From positions 320,044,001 through 320,108,000 of the forward strand of contig OZ024742.1 of the NCBI GenBank assembly GCA_964016885.1: a stretch of 64,000 bases of DNA, read 5' to 3'. Positions 27,825-41,723 of the stretch are shown one piece after another. The stretch is from Eledone cirrhosa. Lineage: Eukaryota. The position numbers were made by a program, and so were the translations under genes. The notes below the pieces were generated by a model, which saw only the letters and a list, made by a program, of their open reading frames with translations, had not been told where the DNA came from and did not search any database. Within the stretch, counting starts at the first letter, position 1. Every line of letters starts with the position of its first letter.

Positions 27825-28300
27825 AATACTATAATAGGTCTCGGTTTCATTTCATTAAAACAACCTAAAAATCTCCTACAATATGCATTTTCATAGTAGG
27901 CCGGCTATATCTACAACACAATGATGGGTTCGTTAGAGCTTCGTTATTTAATTAGGACCTTTTACATTTTCAAGTTCAAATCCCACCGAGTTCAAATTTC
28001 AACAAAACTCTTGCAAACTACGACAATATCTTTCAACATACGATTTCACATCATGTACCTAAAAAACGAAATAGCAGTAGAATGTAAATTATGTCTAGTT
28101 TACTAAAGTACCGTGAATCATTTTCAGTCGGTCATCTTTACAAATATATACAAAAAAATAAAAGGCTTCACAATGAAAAGGAAGAAAAGAATGTGAGATA
28201 AACAAAATCGGATTAGTCTTTTTTAAATCTGTTCTTCTTTCTATCTCCCAATTAGAAACTAATCTGTTGCCAATAGGTTTAAAGAGTGACATGCATCTTG

Positions 28301-28331
<31 letters not shown>

Positions 28332-28383
28332 TGTATGTATGTAGGTATGTATGTATGTATGTATGTATGTATGTATGTATGTA

Positions 28384-28446
<63 letters not shown>

Positions 28447-28449
28447 ATA

Positions 28450-28930
28450 AGCTCCGATTCAAAGATTGTGTAAAGGACTAATTTTAAAAAAACTGGTTTG
28501 GTGGTGGCTGACTGGGAGATAGAAGCTCTTGAAAGACTAACTTGGAGTGGAATGGTGAATTATGGGGTCCATAATTTTGAGGACAGATGCATGGAGCACG
28601 AGAGGATCAAACGGGATGTGCGTAGGCCTTGCCCTGGTCTGTCTCTCGGGACGATCGGTGTCTCCATTGAGTTGGTGTGCCCTGGGTGTGGAAAGATATG
28701 CTTGAGCAAATCTCGTCTCTGGAGCTACAGTCGCAGCCATCTTCAAAGAGAACCACTGAACTATGATCTCCACGCTATTGTGAAGGTTCACAGGCAACCT
28801 GATGCAGGACCTCGGGCCAAGGGGCTCCATGGTTGTCGTCAGTGAGCGAGGGAGTGCAGGTCTCTGGAAGGTTTGAAAAGCCATATCAGTGCGTCACACA
28901 TCGGAATCTGACAAGCGATTGCAATGCTCT
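28450..28930 (+). mobile_element. Decayed RTE/BovB-like LINE 3' end with C2H2-like remnant
   Basis: LRFKDCVKD..WE..A..R.TW...FE..CPGCGKICLSKSRLWSYSRSH. Confidence 0.65.
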
Positions 28931-28989
28931 TAACAGAGTTTGCAGTCATCATGCATGTATGTATGTATGTATGTATGTATGTATGTATG

Positions 28990-29292
28990 TTTAAGGCCCC
29001 CTTCGGTCACGAATGACCATGGTTTTGCACCTAGAAATGGCCCCTCCGAGGCACAAGCCTGGGCAAAGTGTGTTTGTGGAAGACCAGCCAGTTTCCCCTC
29101 TCCACGCGACCGATGTTGTCCAAGAAGAAAACAATGGCTGATACAGCTTGGCACCAGTGACGTCGTAACTCATTTCTACAGCTCAATAAACTGGAGCAAC
29201 GTGAAATAAAGTGTCTTGCTCAAGGACACAATGCTTCACCCGGTCCGGGAATCGAACCCACAACGATCTAACCACTAATCCATACGCCTTCA
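28990..29292 (-). mobile_element. SINE (CORE-like) ending in (CATA)n
   Basis: Reverse complement of the same head and core (GTGTCTTGCTCAAGGACAC; GGGAATCGAACC). Confidence 0.82.
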
Positions 29293-29809
29293 CACAGACA
29301 CACACACATATATATATATATACAGAGAGAGAAGGGGAGGAAGGGAGAGAGAGGGGTGCTGTGAGAGAAATAAACACACATATATCATAATCTATAATGT
29401 ATATATAAAGACACGGAGATAAAGAGATTATATACGCATACTTATATGCGTACATGTATGCCCATATATAGACATGGGGGGTGTATATATTTTTCGAGAA
29501 AAAGGTGGCAGTGTCTTCTAACTTTATACTCACGCATGCATTGGATGCTCACTATATTATGTACACCTGTACATAAAACTCTTACACACACACACAGATA
29601 CATATATATATATATATATTCAGCGTGAAACTTATATATATATATATATCTTCATTGTACTTCATCGTCTGTTGTGTTTTTTTCGTTTACATTTCACACA
29701 CATACACACACGCACGCACACATATATGTGTGTGCGTGTGTGTGTGTGAAATGTAAACGAAAAAAACACAACAGACGATATACATATATATATAGCGAGA
29801 GAGAGAGAG

Positions 29810-29872
<63 letters not shown>

Positions 29873-30193
29873 TACCCTGATTTGTCATTTCCCCGGTCCC
29901 GACGCCGGGAAACACATATATTTTTTATTGTTTGACCCGAATTACTTGGTCCTTTGTTTTGGCTGTGCGGATGATCTGTTTAACCATCATCTCAGTGTGT
30001 TTGGCCCTTAACGTATGTTGTAGCTCTGATTCACATGAATCATCGAGCGCTTGCCACACATATCGGATGTTGATTTTCGTTAATTCCTGAGCTGAAAACG
30101 ATTCTCGCTAATTTATATTTGTATTTACATATATATTATATATATATTATGGAATACTGTTGGCTTTTTGCTACAATGTTTTCTATACCTTTC

Positions 30194-30287
<94 letters not shown>

Positions 30288-30391
30288 CGTTTCTGAAATT
30301 CCTAAATTTATAAATTTATTATAATAAATTGAAGTGAAAGCAACTGGTGCGTGTGTTTCTTATTGGCAACATGACCCTCCCTAAGTATAAC

Positions 30392-30435
<44 letters not shown>

Positions 30436-30605
30436 CCGTATTTTGCCGGCGTCGAATACGCTACTTTTTTCCCTAAAATGAGTCTCAAAAATCTACCACG
30501 CGTCCTGGAGGCCGAAGGTTGTTTATTATTTATTTTCAAATTTTTGGTTGTCAAAATTAGGGTGCCGCCGCGAGGACGAGGGGTCTTCGATGCCGGGAAA
30601 TACAC
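30436..30605. mobile_element. pogo/Tc1-type MITE
   Basis: TA|CCGTATTTTGCCGGCGTCGAA ... TTCGATGCCGGGAAATAC imperfect TIRs. Confidence 0.65.
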
Positions 30606-30628
30606 ACACACACACACACATATATATA

Positions 30629-30681
<53 letters not shown>

Positions 30682-30686
<5 letters not shown>

Positions 30687-31070
30687 ATCAAAAGATGGTT
30701 AAAAGAGTTCCATGTATTTTATTATGCGCATTTCAAAAACAAATATCATCATGAGATGACATTTGCGTTTTCGTCAGATAAAATAGGGAGACATGATATG
30801 CAGTTTTAAATCAACATATGTTGATTTAAAACTGCACTATTCACAAGTGTTTTTTAACCTTCATATCATGTCTCTCTATTTTATCTGACGAAAACGCAAA
30901 TGTCATCTCATGATGATATTTGTTTTTGAAATGCGCATAATAAAATACATGGAACTCTTTTAACCATCTTTTGATCTTATATTATTTATACTCCAGTCCT
31001 ACAAACTGTAGAGTGTTACTTATCCGATATCTGCATTGCTTTATTGTACTACAATAAAACTCACCTCCTA
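30682..31070. mobile_element. PLE-type fold-back element (family Z) with tail
   Basis: Arms 30682-30800 / 30862-30981, inner perfect palindrome 30799-30836, ~90-nt tail, (TA)n flanks. Confidence 0.85.
30877..30947 (+). ncRNA. Type I hammerhead ribozyme with palindromic stem III (family Z)
   Basis: TATTTTAT-CTGACGA-long stem II (CAAATGTCATC/GATGATATTTG)-GAA-ATGCGCAT-A|ATAAAATA. Mirror copy in the left arm. Confidence 0.8.
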
Positions 31071-31302
31071 CATATATATATATATATATATATAATTTTT
31101 TTAAAAATTATATATCTTGGTTGTTCATCGTAAACGATGATGACATCTTCTTTATTTTAGTTCCGGTCTGCCGTGAGCACGAAGGTGGCTGTGGAGGCCG
31201 ATCCTTGACTTGCAGGTCCGGGGACAGTGCGGGCAGGGGAAAAGACCGGAGTCGCTTGGGCGAATATTCGTAAGATTGGATCAAACCTTTTTCAAATAAT
31301 AA

Positions 31303-31353
<51 letters not shown>

Positions 31354-31458
31354 ATACTTGGGGAGGGTCATATTTGTGTAATATTGCAGGAATTAATAAC
31401 CGAACACACTCACTGTTTGGTTGGTTTTCGCTTTTCGCTTCTGTGTCTTTTATATCGG

Positions 31459-31563
<105 letters not shown>

Positions 31564-31719
31564 GAATGTAACGTCCAGTTATTGTAGGTTATTAAAATTT
31601 AGCTGCGGCATGTATGTGAATTTCGTATATACAGAGATATATGGTATGTTTAATATATAAGCATTTTGAAAGCCCAGCTATAAATAGAAGGCTGTTTGCG
31701 AGCGCCGTCTTGCATACGA

Positions 31720-32149
31720 AGCTGTATACAGCTATGCTGAATCTAAATTTTAATTCTACTTTTAAGTTGAGCCAACTTAAAAGTTGAGCCAGCTTCGTAT
31801 GCAAATGAAGGTAATCAGTCCACCTGCACAGGCGAAAAAAATTTATATTTTCGCCTGACTCAAATTCCAACAGTAAGCTGTTTCTGCTGGAATCCGCTAG
31901 ACGGCGCTGGCCGATAGCTTTCTATTCATAAGCCCAGCTATGAATAGAAAGCTATCGGCCAGCGCCGTCTAGCGGATTCCAGCAGAAACAGCTTACTGTT
32001 GGAATTTGAGTCAGGCGAAAATATAAATTTTTTTCGCCTGTGTAGGTGGACTGATTACCTTCATTTGCATACGAAGCTGGCTCAACTTTTAAGTTGGCTC
32101 AACTTAAAAGTAGAATTAAAATTTAGATTCAGCATAGCTGTATACAGCT
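31720..32149. repeat. Near-perfect 430-bp palindrome (211-bp arms, 8-nt spacer)
   Basis: 31720-31930 is the reverse complement of 31939-32149, with one visible mismatch. Confidence 0.95.
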
Positions 32150-32542
32150 ATACACACACACATATATATATATTGATTAGAAATTTAGAGTTTTCTGCTT
32201 GTTAAGTATCGGTAGATCGTCAGACACCATGCTCTGCAGCATTGAGTTATGACACTTTACGTTCTGAGTTCAAATCCCACCGAAGGTAGCTTTGCCTTTC
32301 ATCCTCACGGGGTCGATAAAATAAAGCATCAGTAATGCACTGGGGTTGATTTAATCAATTTTACCCTTTCCCAATGTCTAAGTGAGATTACTATTCAACC
32401 ATAAAACAAAGGTTCGAATGAAAAATTAACTCTATAGATCAATAATTAATACATATTGATTATTCTATTATACCTGGACTTCTTTGTTATTTGGAAACAT
32501 CCTATATATATAGGATGTTCTCAAATAACAAAGAAGTCCAGG

Positions 32543-32611
<69 letters not shown>

Positions 32612-33865
32612 TACATATATATATATGTGTGTGTTGGGGGGGGGGGGTATATATATAATATATGTTTGTGTATATATATATATGTGTGTGTGTGTATAAA
32701 ACAATCGAAGAAATATAGGAAACAGAAAAATCGGAAGTTTTCATCTAGTTATATAACCTATTACTTATAGATCTCTTTGTGAGACGAATACAAGTTTGAG
32801 ATACTTCTACATAACGAAAAATAGTCGAAAACTCATCGGAATATGAATAATCATCGAAATTTCATTGGTTACCAAAACACTGTTAAAAAACGCGTGTCAC
32901 ATTCATTTATTCATTATTCATAGAACATGTGATATATTCAGCTATTCAAAAGCTAGGACACGTCTTCTGCTCCATACCTGTGAAACCTACCAAAACAAGT
33001 AAAGTCTTGTGTTAATGTAGTTTTACTGTTGGCAAATAACCAAATCTTTCAAGGTATGGCATGTCCGCTATGTTGAAAATAAACTATTTTCGCCATTTGC
33101 AATTTGGAAATTCCACAATTAATATCGATAGAAGTGACTGCAAGAATACACAAATTTCGATTTTTCGTTCATTTTTCTCAAAAGGCCGTAATAGAATGTT
33201 ATACTTCCAGAGACAAAGGTTACACATTCTAGAATCGTTAATATAAGAGTCACGTGTTCTATAATAGACCAATCTATTTTATAATTGCTAATATTATCAT
33301 CCTTTAAACTCCTGATATGTTTGGATAAAGGAATCTGAATGAATATAACGTATGTTGCAACAATCTTTCTTTTAAAAGCATTTTGTTTAAATGTTTTTTT
33401 TGCAAATGAGATATCAGCTCAATAAACTAATGCTTTAGAAAGACACATGCCGTTGAAAATGTAAATACTGTATTAGAATTGTTGCAATTGCACAAAGAAA
33501 AGTTTTGGGTGTCATTATTCAACTTTTGTTTATACTGGTGCAACTGTATTTCACCCTGATACTATTTCTATTAGAGACTTCATGATATTTATTGTCTAGA
33601 AGAAAATGGTTATTTATAATGTTTATGAAAATCTTGACAACAGTGGAACAAGCGTTTTAATCGCATGGAGTATTACACCAGCTAATATTTTGTTTCTTAA
33701 TCTTGTGATTTTGACTATTAATGTTACTCTATAATTATTGTATTCCATCATTGGCTCTACTCTCTTTTAATACATTATTTTAATAGTGTCCAGTTCTGGT
33801 TAAAGGATTCATCGTCAAAGGATATGCTGAATATGCGCTTACAAATATCATTAATTACGTTTCTC

Positions 33866-34052
33866 GGCGGTGGATTGGCAGTTTCGGTAGAAGATCGGAC
33901 ACCATGCTTTGCAGCAAAGAGTTACGGCCCTTTATAGTCTGAGTTCAAATCCCGTCGAGGTTAACTTTGCCTTTCATCCTTACGGGGTCGATAAAATAAA
34001 GTACCAGTAATACACCGGGATAATTGCTGGCCTTGTGCCAAAAGTAGAAACA
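33866..34052 (+). mobile_element. tRNA-derived SINE with Meta-like central domain and TSD
   Basis: GAGTTCAAATCCC B box, then GCCTTTCATCCTTACGGGGTCGATAAAATAAAGTACCAG. Flanking repeat ATTAATTACGTTTCTCGG at 33850-33867 and 34053-34070. Other copies near 2710, 15700(-), 21470, 32260, 35650(-), 40140, 41150(-), 46210(-), 61560. Confidence 0.85.
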
Positions 34053-35323
34053 ATTAATTACGTTTCTCGGTATTAATGGTGGATAGTTGGATCTCGTATC
34101 TGCTATGATCTTTAAATTGAACTCTTTGAATATGTTGATGAACTTTCAAGTAACATCCATTGTGTCGCCATTCATATTTCACAAAATTTACAATGTAACT
34201 GATTCAATATTAGTGACGTCTAAAAAACGATTACAATAGAAACTTATCTATGAGTCCACACAAGTTTTGGTGGACGCTTGATAGAGCGAATGAACCTCTT
34301 TTGAAGAGAGCATCAAATTACTGTTACACACGTGCTATACTTTTACGACTTTAACGACAATTTGCCACTTTGTGTGACCATTGCTCCATGTACTTCTGCT
34401 TTAACGACTCTGCCAATATGTCACCCTGTATAACTCTTATGCATCCATTAAAATTATTTTTCTTTTTCAGAAATTAGTATATATATTTGTGGAACAGCGA
34501 TCAATTCATTTTTTTTTTTTCTCCTTTTAATCTTGACAGAGAAAAGACGAGAAAAACAACGAACGGATAAAAAGTTGTTCAGCAGAAGAAATACCGTTGG
34601 TTTCTTGATATATGTGTCTCGATGCTGGTTGCTATAGTTACCATAATATATACAATTGATTGATTTTTCAGTTTCGAATTTTCCGTGAATTTCTGTCTGT
34701 GAGTATATGTGTGTTTATGTAATGCGTATATGGATGTGTATATGTGTGTGCCGTGTGTGTGTGTGAGTGTGCATGTAACATTGTGTACGTAACTATCTCT
34801 CTGTTCGACTATGTACATTTATGTGTGCATATCTATGTGTGCATGTGTGTGCATGTGAATGTTTCTATGAAGATGTTTCATTTGTGTGTATGTGCGTGTG
34901 CTTGCGTATAGGCTTATGCATGTCTGTGTTGTGCGTGTGCGTGCATACATGGCTGCTTGTGTTCCTGTGTGTATGTAAGAATATGTATGCCTGAGTGAGT
35001 TTTTACATGGAGGTGTTTATCTGTAAGAGCTTCTGTATATGTATGTGTTTGTATCTGTGATGGTGTGAATGTGTATGTGTCAATCTATATGTGTGTGTAT
35101 GCATGTGTGTGTGCGCATGCGCGCAAAAGCGTATGCTGAACATACACATATATCTTTGGCGAGACAATGCGATGACAGATTTAAGGAAAAGTGTTTATGT
35201 AAATGTGAATGGTGTGTGTATAATATAGTGTGACAGTGTGTTTTACTCGGATAGTATGTATGTACGTGTGTGTTTGTGGATCGCATGTCTATGCATGTAT
35301 GCGTATGCGTAGATGTGTACATG

Positions 35324-35386
<63 letters not shown>

Positions 35387-36047
35387 GCAGTTGTCTGTCT
35401 GTGTACGTGTGTGGAGGATTGTCTGTCCGTGTATGTGTGTGAAGGTCTATCTGTATGTATGTGATTGTCTGTACAAGTATGTGTGTGAGATTGTCTGTCC
35501 AAGTGCGTATGTATATGTGTGTGTTCAGCATTTATAGTGTGTGTGAGCAAGTATATGTTGAGAGTATAGTTTTTGTGAAAATTCTGAAATAAAATAACGT
35601 TTTCTACTATAAGCACAAGGACAGCAATTTGAAGGGGAAGGGAAAGTTGATTAAATCAACCCAGTGCTTTACAGGTACTTTATTTCGTCAACACCGTAAG
35701 GATGAAAGGCAAAACTAACCTCGGCGGGATTTAAACTCAGGACGCCAAGAGCCATAACTCTATGCCGCAAAGCATAGTGAAACAAACATATCAATTCAAA
35801 TATTTGATGTGTTTTGTGTGTCGTCTGGGTACGATCCCAGTGTGAGGTATCTGTTACCATAACAACGAGTCCAACTAACCCTCGTCACTGGAATTGACTT
35901 GATAGAAATTGTGAGGAAGTAATCGGATGGATTGTACCTGTAATTAAATAGTCCAGCCTTGTTGCATTTGTCTCACTGATTCTTCCTGAGAGTTACTTTC
36001 AGGATGAACGTGTTTGAAGAACCCCCTGTCACGTATAAGTTAATTGT

Positions 36048-36372
36048 GAAGACGTGTGGTTTTGTGGTTAGGGTATTCGGCTACGGATCATAAGATCGTT
36101 AGTTTGATTGCCGACAGCACATTGTGTCCTTGAGCAAGACACTTTATTTCACGTTACTTCAATCCACTCAGCTGGCAAAAATGAATTGTACCTGTAATTC
36201 GAAGAGCCATCCTTGTCACATTCAGTGTCATGCTGAATCTCCCTGAGAACTACATTAAGAGTATGCGCGTCTGCGGAATGCTCAGCCACTTATACGTTTA
36301 CTTCACGAACAGACTGTCATGCTGGTCGTATCAACTGGAAAACTCGGTGTCGTAACCAACCGAATGCCAGCT
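36048..36372 (+). mobile_element. SINE (CORE-like)
   Basis: GAAGACGTGTGG...GTGTCCTTGAGCAAGACACTTTATTTCAC...CACTCAGCTGGCAAAAATGA. Confidence 0.8.
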
Positions 36373-36462
36373 ATAAGTTAATTGTTGATTTAATAAAATA
36401 AAATAGTCGAAAATAAAAGGAATCTGTAAGAAAATATGATAATTGTAGATTAATATAAAAAA

Positions 36463-36498
<36 letters not shown>

Positions 36499-36707
36499 CC
36501 GCATTTTAGGTACTCGAATTTGACTGCGATAAAACTTGTATATACTGCAGAGCGAACCCTTTTCTGAACATTTTTCAGGGTGGGGAAAACTTATAGCTTG
36601 ATTTATAACACATCTTTGAATTGTGAATTAATCTGATAGATACAAGGAACTCAGTTATAGAAAGCACATGATGAGTTATTAGGTGAATATCTCGTAGAAA
36701 GTAATTC

Positions 36708-39700
36708 CTTCCACTCATGTCTTCATTATAGATTGACTTCCACTCATGTCTTCATTATAGATTGACTTCCACTCATGTCTTCATTATAGATTGACTTCCA
36801 CTCATGTCTTCATTATAGATTGACTTTCACTCATGTCTTCATTATAGATTGACTTCCACTCATGTCTTCATTATAGATTGACTTCCACTCATGTCTTCAT
36901 TATAGATTGACTTTCACTCATGTCTTCATTATAGATTGACTTCCACTCATGTCTTCATTATAGATTGACTTTCACTCATGTCTTCATTATAGATTGACTT
37001 CCACTCATGTCTTCATTATAGATTGACTTTCACTCATGTCTTCATTATAGATTGACTTTCACTCATGTCTTCATTATAGATTGACTTCCACTCATATCTT
37101 CATTATAGATTGACTTCCACTCATATCTTCATTATAGATTGACTTTCACTCATGTCTTCATTATAGATTGACTTCCACTCATGTCTTCATTATAGATTGA
37201 CTTCCACTCATGTCTTCATTATAGATTGACTTCCACTCATGTCTTCATTATAGATTGACTTTCACTCATGTCTTCATTATAGATTGACTTCCACTCATGT
37301 CTTCATTATAGATTGACTTTCACTCATGTCTTCATTATAGATTGACTTCCACTCATGTCTTCATTATAGATTGACTTCCACTCATGTCTTCATTATAGAT
37401 TGACTTCCACTCATGTCTTCATTATAGATTGACTTTCACTCATGTCTTCATTATAGATTGACTTCCACTCATGTCTTCATTATAGATTGACTTTCACTCA
37501 TGTCTTCATTATAGATTGACTTTCACTCATGTCTTCATTATAGATTGACTTCCACTCATATCTTCATTATAGATTGACTTCCACTCATATCTTCATTATA
37601 GATTGACTTTCACTCATGTCTTCATTATAGATTGACTTCCACTCATGTCTTCATTATAGATTGACTTCCACTCATGTCTTCATTATAGATTGACTTCCAC
37701 TCATGTCTTCATTATAGATTGACTTTCACTCATGTCTTCATTATAGATTGACTTCCACTCATGTCTTCATTATAGATTGACTTTCACTCATGTCTTCATT
37801 ATAGATTGACTTCCACTCATGTCTTCATTATAGATTGACTTTCACTCATGTCTTCATTATAGATTGACTTTCACTCATGTCTTCATTATAGATTGACTTC
37901 CACTCATATCTTCATTATAGATTGACTTCCACTCATATCTTCATTATAGATTGACTTTCACTCATGTCTTCATTATAGATTGACTTCCACTCATATCTTC
38001 ATTATAGATTGACTTCCACTCATGTCTTCATTATAGATTGACTTTCACTCATGTCTTCATTATAGATTGACTTCCACTCATGTCTTCATTATAGATTGAC
38101 TTCCACTCATATCTTCATTATAGATTGACTTCCACTCATATCTTCATTATAGATTGACTTTCACTCATGTCTTCATTATAGATTGACTTTCACTCATGTC
38201 TTCATTATAGATTGACTTCCACTCATGTCTTCATTATAGATTGACTTTCACTCATGTCTTCATTATAGATTGACTTCCACTCATGTCTTCATTATAGATT
38301 GACTTTCACTCATGTCTTCATTATAGATTGACTTCCACTCATGTCTTCATTATAGATTGACTTCCACTCATGTCTTCATTATAGATTGACTTTCACTCAT
38401 GTCTTCATTATAGATTGACTTCCACTCATGTCTTCATTATAGATTGACTTTCACTCATGTCTTCATTATAGATTGACTTTCACTCATGTCTTCATTATAG
38501 ATTGACTTCCACTCATGTCTTCATTATAGATTGACTTCCACTCATATCTTCATTATAGATTGACTTCCACTCATGTCTTCATTATAGATTGACTTTCACT
38601 CATGTCTTCATTATAGATTGACTTTCACTCATGTCTTCATTATAGATTGACTTTCACTCATGTCTTCATTATAGATTGACTTTCACTCATATCTTCATTA
38701 TAGATTGACTTCCACTCATATCTTCATTATAGATTGACTTCCACTCATGTCTTCATTATAGATTGACTTTCACTCATGTCTTCATTATAGATTGACTTCC
38801 ACTCATATCTTCATTATAGATTGACTTCCACTCATGTCTTCATTATAGATTGACTTCCACTCATGTCTTCATTATAGATTGACTTTCACTCATGTCTTCA
38901 TTATAGATTGACTTTCACTCATATCTTCATTATAGATTGACTTCCACTCATGTCTTCATTATAGATTGACTTTCACTCATGTCTTCATTATAGATTGACT
39001 TCCACTCATATCTTCATTATAGATTGACTTCCACTCATGTCTTCATTATAGATTGACTTCCACTCATATCTTCATTATAGATTGACTTCCACTCATGTCT
39101 TCATTATAGATTGACTTCCACTCATGTCTTCATTATAGATTGACTTCCACTCATATCTTCATTATAGATTGACTTCCACTCATATCTTCATTATAGATTG
39201 ACTTCCACTCATATCTTCATTATAGATTGACTTCCACTTATGTCTTCATTATAGATTGACTTTCACTCATGTCTTCATTATAGATTGACTTTCACTCATG
39301 TCTTCATTATAGATTGACTTCCACTCATGTCTTCATTATAGATTGACTTTCACTCATGTCTTCATTATAGATTGACTTCCACTCATATCTTCATTATAGA
39401 TTGACTTCCACTCATATCTTCATTATAGATTGACTTCCACTCATGTCTTCATTATAGATTGACTTCCACTCATGTCTTCATTATAGATTGACTTTCACTC
39501 ATGTCTTCATTATAGATTGACTTCCACTCATGTCTTCATTATAGATTGACTTTCACTCATGTCTTCATTATAGATTGACTTTCACTCATGTCTTCATTAT
39601 AGATTGACTTCCACTCATGTCTTCATTATAGATTGACTTCCACTCATATCTTCATTATAGATTGACTTCCACTCATGTCTTCATTATAGATTGACTTTCA

Positions 39701-40091
39701 CTCATGTCTTCATTATAGATTGACTTTCACTCATGTCTTCATTATAGATTGACTTTCACTCATGTCTTCATTATAGATTGACTTCCACTCATGTCTTCAT
39801 TATAGATTGACTTCCACTCATATCTTCATTATAGATTGACTTCCACTCATGTCTTCATTATAGATTGACTTTCACTCATGTCTTCATTATAGATTGACTT
39901 CCACTCATATCTTCATTATAGATTGACTTCCACTCATGTCTTCATTATAGATTGACTTCCACTCATATCTTCATTATAGATTGACTTCCACTCATATCTT
40001 CATTATAGATTGACTTCCACTCATATCTTCATTATAGATTGACTTCCACTCATATCTTCATTATAGATTGACTTCCACTCATATCTTCATA
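36708..40091. repeat. 29-bp minisatellite array, ~116 copies
   Basis: Unit TTYCACTCATRTCTTCATTATAGATTGAC, head-to-tail with no spacers. Confidence 0.98.
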
Positions 40092-40963
40092 TCGTCACAA
40101 AAAGCTTTAAAGTACTTAGCACATCGAGCACCATATGTTCTGAGTTCAAACCTTGTCGAGGTAAACTTTGTCTTTTATCCCTCCAGGGTCGATAAAATAA
40201 AATACCACCCAAGTATTGGGATCGATATAATTAACTTTGTCCTCCCCAAATAATTGTTGGCCTTGTACCTAAATTAGAAACTACTAGCAGAAAGACCACC
40301 CTTCGGGTGGTTTTCTGCTAGCATGTGTAGTGTGCATATTGATATACATAAATATATATGCATATAGATATGATACGTCAAATGAAATCGTAATTGACAA
40401 CATGCACAGAAATTGAACGAAGTTTATGTTATACTCTCTCCTGTAATCAGTAAAGTAATCCATGATACATTAAAAACAGACAATATTATATATATACTGC
40501 ATACATAATAGACTAAAATGTTACGAAAACGAAAAAGGAGAAAATTAGCGACGGAAATATAAACCTTATATAACGATGCAAATATATGAACGTTTATATA
40601 AGCGATGTGATAAGTGTTATGATATAACGGAAGTGGTGACATTTGAAAATTTTAAAGAAGTGAATCTTAAAATAAGCAATACTTTATACATAAGAATATT
40701 TATGTTTAATCAAGAGCAACGAAATTTAGTAGATAACTTACATAATATTCATTCATTATTTATTCCAAGTAATCCAACTTATTTTACTAACGGGATAAAA
40801 AAACAAAAACGGACGCCTTCCTTTATTATATTATAGAATATTATTGATCTCCTCCGCGATGGTTAAACGACGTTTTCATCTCTCACGTCCAGTCATTTTT
40901 AAAAGCAATTGTTTTTAAATCGTTTCCACTTAGTTGCATTTTCGTCACTTAGTTGTTAGCCAT

Positions 40964-41079
40964 ATGAGTGGCAAGATTGGGCGACATGCTATATATATAG
41001 TTAATAATTTAATGAGATCAATACCTTTAACATTAAGATTTTTTTTCATGATAGCATGTCGCCCAATCTTGCCACTCTG
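40964..41079. mobile_element. Small Tc1/mariner-type MITE
   Basis: Perfect 27-bp inverted repeat 40966-40992 / 41051-41077, right end CTG|TA. Confidence 0.7.
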
Positions 41080-41345
41080 TAAACGCTATATTTAAAAAAC
41101 GGGAAAATAATGATAATGATTTCTAGTTTGGGCACAAGGCCAGCAATTTGAAGGGAAAGGAAAAGTTGATTAAAGCGACTCCACTACATTACTGGTACTT
41201 TATTTTATCGACTTCGTAAAGATGAAAGGCAAAGCTGACCTCGGCGAGATCAACAACAATAATAATAATGAGAATAAATTAATTTATTAATGAGAATAAA
41301 TTTATTAATTAATATATAAATAAATATTATATATATATATATATA

Positions 41346-41553
41346 TCATCATCATCATCATCATCATCATCATCGTTTAACGTCCATCTTCCACGCTTGC
41401 ATGGGTTTGGACGGGAGTTTTCCCACTTGAGGCAAGATTGGTTGTCTTGCTCGTATAGTACTGTCTGGCGGGTTTTCTACGGCTGGATGCCCTTCCTAAC
41501 ACCAACCACGTTTACAGTGTGGACTGGGAGGTTTTTACCGTGTTACCTACACG

Positions 41554-41555
<2 letters not shown>
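41346..41555 (-). mobile_element. SINE/RTE-type 3' tail with (ATG)n
   Basis: (CAT)n CGTTTAACGTCC ... GGCTGGATGCCCTTCCTAAC is the reverse complement of the 9625-9730 tail. Confidence 0.75.
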
Positions 41556-41592
<37 letters not shown>

Positions 41593-41596
<4 letters not shown>

Positions 41597-41723
41597 ATCC
41601 GCTAAGGTGAAACACTTGTTCTCGGTATGGTGAACTAACTGTTGTGTAACCACTTCTACCTAACTCGTCCCATGGACTGAGTGCTCTACCACTACGGATA
41701 TTACCTTCCAGTGTTCTACCACT
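41593..41723 (+). mobile_element. PLE terminal fragment in (TA)n (HHR 3' half + tail hairpin)
   Basis: TCCgctaaGGT-GAAAC...GTA resembles the PLE 3' fold. Hairpin ACTC-GTCC-cat-GGAC-T-GAGT at 41663-41682. Confidence 0.55.

Noticed and set aside
31592-32205. Twin ORFs MEFESGEN... on opposite strands
   Set aside because: By-product of the palindrome, with non-ATG starts.
36708-40091. CRISPR array (29-bp repeats)
   Set aside because: No spacers, no cas genes, eukaryotic context; a plain tandem repeat.
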